A program made the position numbers and the translations under genes. Under the pieces are notes generated by a model. The model was given only the letters and a program-made list of their open reading frames with translations, was not told where the DNA came from and made no database searches. From IMG/VR virus record IMGVR_UViG_3300028033_000029: a stretch of 64,000 bases of DNA; one strand, written 5' to 3'. The first letter of the stretch is position 1. Each line of letters begins with the position of its first letter. This DNA is from an uncultured virus (IMG/VR IMGVR_UViG_3300028033_000029) (lineage: Duplodnaviria > Heunggongvirae > Uroviricota > Caudoviricetes). Of this stretch, positions 58,899 to 64,000 are shown in pieces.

Positions 58899-59876
58899 GT
58901 GGGAATTAAAAAAGCAAGTGCAGTAAGAAAAAAGCCGTTAAAAATTTTATTGTTTGGAGACGCAGGCACAGGCAAAACTCATTTTTCGCTTCAAGCAACT
59001 CCTGGTAAAACATTAGTGTTTGATACTGAAAATGGTACGGATTTATTTGAAGGTAGGAAGGGATTTGAGTTTGATTACTGGGTAGATGATGAAGGATTAA
59101 AAACTGCAAGCATTAAAGAGCTTAATAAAGCTATCGATTATTTAGAGACACCAGAAGGGCGTGAACAGTATGAAACATTTGTGGTAGATAATATATCGGA
59201 TATTTGGGATAATATTCAAGCACAGAGGTTGGAATACAAAGATAATTTAGCGATAAAAAGAGGTAAAGCAATAGAGGATAGAAACGAAACAGAGATTGAA
59301 GCATTCAATATGAAAGATTGGGCAGACATGAAGAAAATTTATAAAAATATGATGTTAAGATTAAAAAATTTACCACAGAATATTATATTGATAGCAAGAG
59401 AAAAAGAAATATCAGAAACTAAACCAGATGGTAGCGTGGTTAAAACTGGTGAATACATATTTGATGCAGAAAAAGGGACAAAGTATGCTGTAGATTTTAT
59501 AATTAGGTTAGTTTTCGACGAAAAAACCAACAAAAGATATGCAGTCATAATAAAAAGCAGAAGTGATGTATTAAAGAAAAATGAAGTGGTAGAAAATCCA
59601 ACATTTGCCTTATTTGATAAGGTTGTTAATTCAATGAAAGATGGGGTAGAAGCTGACAGGTTAAGCATTAAAGAAGAAAATATTTTTGACGAAGAAGAAG
59701 AACTAAAAGATGTTTTGCAAGAAATTCATGAATTAGCAACTACTATAGCAAAAGTAAATAGAGAAGCTGTGATAGAAGCCATTAAAAAACATCACAGCAG
59801 TGCCAACTATAATAGCATTAAAGACATAGAAGTAGCAAGAAAAGTTTTAGAAGAATTACAAAGTATTAATATTTAG
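58899..59876 (+). CDS. Sak4-like ATPase (ssDNA annealing)
   Basis: GDAGTGKT, FDTENG, VVDNIS; adjacent to ssb. Confidence 0.85.
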   Translation: MGIKKASAVRKKPLKILLFGDAGTGKTHFSLQATPGKTLVFDTENGTDLFEGRKGFEFDYWVDDEGLKTASIKELNKAIDYLETPEGREQYETFVVDNISDIWDNIQAQRLEYKDNLAIKRGKAIEDRNETEIEAFNMKDWADMKKIYKNMMLRLKNLPQNIILIAREKEISETKPDGSVVKTGEYIFDAEKGTKYAVDFIIRLVFDEKTNKRYAVIIKSRSDVLKKNEVVENPTFALFDKVVNSMKDGVEADRLSIKEENIFDEEEELKDVLQEIHELATTIAKVNREAVIEAIKKHHSSANYNSIKDIEVARKVLEELQSINI

Positions 59877-59888
59877 GAGGTAATTTTA

Positions 59889-60299
59889 TTGAGTATAAGA
59901 AATCATGTAATTTTGATAGGACGTACAACTAGAGAACCAATTTTAAAGAAATTGCCATCTGGAACATCAGTTATAAATTTTACATTAGCAGTTAGTAGCA
60001 ACAGAAAAGATAATAAAGGCAATTATCTTACTGATTTTATACCTGTTGTAGCTTGGGGTAAAACGGCTGAATTTATAGATAAATATGTCCCCAAAGGAAC
60101 TAAAATAGTTGTTATGGGGAGTTTACAAACAAGAACTTGGGTAGACCAGTCGGGCAAAAAACACTTTGCAATGGAAGTTTTAGCTGACAATATAGAGTTT
60201 GCAGATGGAAAAAAGGATAATAATCCTAAGAATAATGTAAATAATAATGATTTTGGTGATTATCCTTTTACTTCTGATGGAGAGGATTTGCCATTTTAA
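59889..60299 (+). CDS. ssb: Single-stranded DNA-binding protein
   Basis: N.V.LIGR, VAWGKTAE, C-terminal DLPF. Confidence 0.95.
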   Translation: MSIRNHVILIGRTTREPILKKLPSGTSVINFTLAVSSNRKDNKGNYLTDFIPVVAWGKTAEFIDKYVPKGTKIVVMGSLQTRTWVDQSGKKHFAMEVLADNIEFADGKKDNNPKNNVNNNDFGDYPFTSDGEDLPF

Positions 60300-60356
60300 G
60301 ATTAGGATAGGGGGTAATACCCCTATCTCAAAATAAAAATTTAAGGAGGAGGAATA

Positions 60357-60641
60357 ATGGTTATTAAAGATGATTCATTAGAAAAAGAGTTAATGCAAGA
60401 AGTGCGGAAAATTATACTCGAATCATTGAAGGACTCTTATGTTATAGAATACACACAAGGCAATATAAGAAGTTTAGAAGAAGTTTTTGAAATAAAACAA
60501 AAGCAAGTAAAAGAATTACAAGGATTAGTGCATAAATTAGTTGATGAAAACAATAAACTTACACAACAAATAAAGGAATCACAAGAAAAAATCAATACAT
60601 ATAAAAATATTATTAAGATTCTTTTAGGAAACGATAGTTAA
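60357..60641 (+). CDS. Coiled-coil hypothetical protein
   Basis: 94 aa, SD. Confidence 0.7.
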   Translation: MVIKDDSLEKELMQEVRKIILESLKDSYVIEYTQGNIRSLEEVFEIKQKQVKELQGLVHKLVDENNKLTQQIKESQEKINTYKNIIKILLGNDS

Positions 60642-60655
60642 AGGGAGAGATATTA

Positions 60656-60961
60656 ATGGATGAGAAAGTAAAACTAAAAAACGCATGGGGATTGATTAAT
60701 AAATTAGCTGATGAGTTTACAAAAGAAAGATTTGAATTAGATGATATTTTATATGATATTTCTGTTAAAATTTTTGAGTATAGAATAAACAATGATTTAA
60801 CTGTAGAACAGCTTGCTGAAAAGTTAGGAATTACTCCAGAGCAAATAAAAGATTTAGAAAGTGGATTATATGATTTTAGCATTAGTGAGTTGTGGTGGAT
60901 AGCTAAAAAACTTAGGTGGAACTTAGAAATAAAGTTTTTAGATAGTTGGATAGAGCTGTAA
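60656..60961 (+). CDS. XRE-family HTH protein
   Basis: LT.EQLAEKLGIT...I..LESG. Confidence 0.85.
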   Translation: MDEKVKLKNAWGLINKLADEFTKERFELDDILYDISVKIFEYRINNDLTVEQLAEKLGITPEQIKDLESGLYDFSISELWWIAKKLRWNLEIKFLDSWIEL

Positions 60962-60976
60962 TTTTTTGGAGGGGTA

Positions 60977-61273
60977 GTGATGTTAAATCTAATACAAGCA
61001 ATAAAAGAAATACAAGAAAAGATAGATAAATTGATTGACGAAAAAGATGAAAAAATTAAAGAAATTACCCAAAAATATGAAGAAGAAATACAGAAATATA
61101 ATAATGCTTTATCAATTATTCGAGAATTAAATGAGGCTTGTGAGTATTGCGAAGGAAAAGGGAAGGTTTATGTAAAAGATGATTCTTCAGATCCTTATAA
61201 TCGAGCTGAGTTAATGGATTGTCCAGTTTGTTTGGGGACAGGTAAAAAGCCACTAAAAATAATGGAGGAATAA
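60977..61273 (+). CDS. DnaJ-type Zn-finger protein
   Basis: CEYCEGKG...CPVCLGTG. Confidence 0.75.
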   Translation: MMLNLIQAIKEIQEKIDKLIDEKDEKIKEITQKYEEEIQKYNNALSIIRELNEACEYCEGKGKVYVKDDSSDPYNRAELMDCPVCLGTGKKPLKIMEE

Positions 61274-61275
61274 AT

Positions 61276-61524
61276 ATGGACAAAAGTCAATTAAGGAGGA
61301 TTTTATATCAGAAAGGTTGTACTATTGATGAAGTAGAATCAATAATAAAATCAGTGTTACCTGAAGCAATATTAATGCAAGTAGAATTTGTAACTGGTAT
61401 TGTGTGGCAATGTTCAAATTGTCATAGAACTTTTGTGTTATCTAATCCACAATTGGAGGGTTATAATTATTGCCCTGTTTGTGGTGCACGGTTTGTAGAA
61501 TATGCCTACTTGGAGGATGAGTAA
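61276..61524 (+). CDS. Zn-ribbon protein
   Basis: CSNC...YCPVCGA. Confidence 0.75.
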   Translation: MDKSQLRRILYQKGCTIDEVESIIKSVLPEAILMQVEFVTGIVWQCSNCHRTFVLSNPQLEGYNYCPVCGARFVEYAYLEDE

Positions 61525-62003
61525 TGATGCGTGAGATAAAATTTAGAGTGTGGGATAAAAAAATAAAACAAATGTTTTGCGGGTGTGAATTAGATAGACC
61601 TAATATGATAGATTTACAAGGTAATGTATATATTACTGGAAATACTGGTGAATTATGTAATTGTGGATGTTCTGCACAGTACATTAATCTAACCAAAGAG
61701 GTTGAACTTATGCAATACACAGGGATACGAGATAAAAACGGAAAAGAAATTTACGAGGCAGATATTGTAAAAGTTGTAACGGATAAGAAGGGTGTAATTG
61801 GGGAAGTTGTTTATATCCCAGAAGAAACTGCTTTTTGTGTAAAAGCGAAAGGATTTGAAATATTTCCTTTAGGATTTTTAAATAATTGGTTTGAGATTGA
61901 GGTATTAGGTAATATTTATGAAAATCCTGAATTATTGGAGGAGGGAGGAGGTATTCTATGCAAAACAAATTGCCATATGATACATCAGCCGAAGCAGGTA
62001 TAA
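61524..62003 (+). CDS. YopX-family protein
   Basis: REIKFRVWD...MQYTG..DKNGKEIYE.DI...GNIYENPELL. Confidence 0.9.
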   Translation: MMREIKFRVWDKKIKQMFCGCELDRPNMIDLQGNVYITGNTGELCNCGCSAQYINLTKEVELMQYTGIRDKNGKEIYEADIVKVVTDKKGVIGEVVYIPEETAFCVKAKGFEIFPLGFLNNWFEIEVLGNIYENPELLEEGGGILCKTNCHMIHQPKQV

Positions 62004-63298
62004 TAGCAACACTTTTGCAACATCCTGATTTTATTTTACATAGTGATTATTTGTCTGCATCGCATTTTTACCATAAAGACAATGGGGCCTTTTATTGGGC
62101 TATTCAGGAATTATACAAAAGTGGTGTAACTAAGATAGACTCGTTTAATTTACTTACACAGATTAATAGTCATAATGGAATTAAAAATTTAATAAGCAGG
62201 TATAATATTGAGTCAATAGATGACTATATAGAAAAATCAAAAAATATTGCGAGACATACAGTAGAAGAATATAAAAAATTAGTAGAAATAGTTGTAGCAT
62301 TAGCTTTTAAAAGAGAACTCCATAAAAAGTTAATGGAAATTGATGATGTGTGTTTAGATGAAAATAATAATGATATTGCAAAATTAAGTAATTTTGCATA
62401 CAATTCTTTAGATGAAGTTATTACTCAATTTATTACTGCGGAAACAATTGTGCTTTTTGGTGATATAGTAGATGAATTATGGAAAGAAATTGTAGAAAGG
62501 AGAAATCCTAACGGTATGTATGGAATACCATCGAAATATTCATCAATAAATAAGTATTTTACTTATGAGCCTGGTGAATTAGTTTTATTCCAAGCAAGAA
62601 TGAAGCGTGGCAAGTCTGCGTTTATGATGAATGAAGCTATACATAAATTACAAAATGGAATACCAGTTGCTTATTTTGATACTGAAATGCAGTCGAGATT
62701 ATTTTTTGAGAGAATGTTAGCTTATCTTACTAAAATCCCAGTGCAAAAAATTAAATCAGGCAATTATACTACAAGTGAGGAGCAACAAATAGAAGAAGCT
62801 AAAAAATGGTTAAAGAAACAAAAATTTGTACATATATATAACCCTGAATGGACAAATGATAAAATTCTTATTACTGCAAAAATTCTTAAACATAAAATCA
62901 ATTTAGGATTTTTGGTATTTGATTATATAAAAAGCAACACTAAATCTTCAAGCGAACAGTATAATGAATTAGGGGCAAAAGCTGATTTTTTAAAAAATAA
63001 TGTAGCAGGTGCTCTTAATATTCCTGTGTTAGCGGGAGCACAACTAAACAGACAAGGACAAACAGCAGATAGTGATAAATTGGAAAGATATTGTAGTGTA
63101 AGTGTAATCTGGCGAGAAAAAACAAAAGATGAAATACTTACAGATGGAGAAAATTGTGGCAACTACGCCTTAAACGTAAAATTAAATAGATTAGGCGAAC
63201 AAATGCAAGAAGATGACTATATAGATTTCAGGTTTGATGGTAGTATAATGACTATCGAGGAGGCAGAGCAGCATTCTAAAGAATTGCCTTTCAACTGA
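61958..63298 (+). CDS. dnaB: DnaB-like replicative helicase
   Basis: AE..IIATLL, ARMKRGKS, DTEM, FDYI, AQLNR. Confidence 0.92.
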   Translation: MQNKLPYDTSAEAGIIATLLQHPDFILHSDYLSASHFYHKDNGAFYWAIQELYKSGVTKIDSFNLLTQINSHNGIKNLISRYNIESIDDYIEKSKNIARHTVEEYKKLVEIVVALAFKRELHKKLMEIDDVCLDENNNDIAKLSNFAYNSLDEVITQFITAETIVLFGDIVDELWKEIVERRNPNGMYGIPSKYSSINKYFTYEPGELVLFQARMKRGKSAFMMNEAIHKLQNGIPVAYFDTEMQSRLFFERMLAYLTKIPVQKIKSGNYTTSEEQQIEEAKKWLKKQKFVHIYNPEWTNDKILITAKILKHKINLGFLVFDYIKSNTKSSSEQYNELGAKADFLKNNVAGALNIPVLAGAQLNRQGQTADSDKLERYCSVSVIWREKTKDEILTDGENCGNYALNVKLNRLGEQMQEDDYIDFRFDGSIMTIEEAEQHSKELPFN

Positions 63299-63312
63299 TT
63301 GGGGTGAGGCAT

Positions 63313-64000
63313 TTGCAAGAGATTGTAAGGCTAATCAAAGAAAGGTTGTTTAATAATCCTATTTTGATTAAAGGTATTTTAGAAAAATTAGGTTTTCATA
63401 AAATAAGAGAATTAAATAACGAAATAAGAGCAGCCTTACCTGATGGTAATAATTGGACAAGTACAGTAGTGAAACTTAATGAAAATCTTTCAACATATAT
63501 ATATTCAAGAAATGACTATGATGGGACAGATATTATATCATTAGTGCAATACATAAAAAAAATGAATTTTCGTCAAGCTATTGAATGGTTATGTTTAGAA
63601 TTAGGTATAGATTACAATAATAATGATATTGAAATAAAGCTTGAAAGTAGTTCATACAAGATTTTTAAAATGTTTGAAAAGAGGGGAGGTGAAAATATTA
63701 TCCATGAAATATTAGATGAAGAAATATTAAAACAATATGAAGATAGGATTACACAAGAATGGCTTGATGAAGGGATTTCTGAAGAAACACAGTGTAAGTT
63801 TGAGGTTAAATTTGACTCTAAAACTAATAGAATAGTGTTCCCTATTAGAGATGAAAACGGCAATCTAATTAATATTAAAGGAAGAACTTGTTTCAGTAAT
63901 TATAAGGAATTAGGTATACCTAAGTATATTTATTATTATAAGTTGGGTACTAATGATATATTGTATGGATTGTATCAAAACAGAAATAGTATTCAAGATA
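63313..64000 (+). CDS. dnaG: DNA primase, N-terminal part (runs off window end)
   Basis: TTG after GGGGTG; DIISLVQ, RIVFPIRDENG.LI.IKGR, KY, LYGL. Confidence 0.85.
   Translation, partial: MQEIVRLIKERLFNNPILIKGILEKLGFHKIRELNNEIRAALPDGNNWTSTVVKLNENLSTYIYSRNDYDGTDIISLVQYIKKMNFRQAIEWLCLELGIDYNNNDIEIKLESSSYKIFKMFEKRGGENIIHEILDEEILKQYEDRITQEWLDEGISEETQCKFEVKFDSKTNRIVFPIRDENGNLINIKGRTCFSNYKELGIPKYIYYYKLGTNDILYGLYQNRNSIQD

Noticed and set aside
527..63863. Many short antisense ORFs in the track (e.g. 527-727, 2099-3044, 11451-11729, 55660-55974)
   Set aside because: Shadow frames of well-supported genes or structured RNA, with no SD.

Overview
AT-rich (~27-30% GC by eye) 64-kb segment of a large, probably temperate Firmicutes siphovirus with SPbeta-like gene organisation; a clostridial-type host is an inference from sigma-A promoters, strong SD sequences and stalk-domain proteins. 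1-33.2 kb is the minus-strand late module: tail fibre with 14-aa repeats, tail spike, Dit, tape measure, a tyrosine recombinase, tail/head genes, capsid, protease/scaffold, portal, terminase large subunit split by a group I intron with a LAGLIDADG endonuclease, then phosphoesterase, PIN-PhoH, HU, ClpP, GIY-YIG fusion and a sigma-like HTH protein. 33.3-34.4 kb is an integrase-fold gene, 34.5-37.3 kb a long non-coding region with hairpins, palindrome arrays and an extreme AT tract, and 37.3-64 kb the plus-strand early/replication module (small-gene cassettes, beta clamp, MazF-like, DndB-like/MrpR-like pair, LexA-like repressor, DHH phosphoesterase, DUF2828/vWA protein, Sak4-like, SSB, DnaB, partial primase). 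The strongest unexplained signals are (1) an array of ACAGCA(A)-containing stem-loop RNAs flanking the DUF2828/TROVE-like vWA gene, two carrying tRNA-Ser-like anticodon loops and one covering the gene's RBS, and (2) a strand-polar ATAACAG heptamer present about 46 times from 38.5 kb onward, inside and between genes. All coordinates, counts and pairings were read by hand; family names are from recognition, not database searches.
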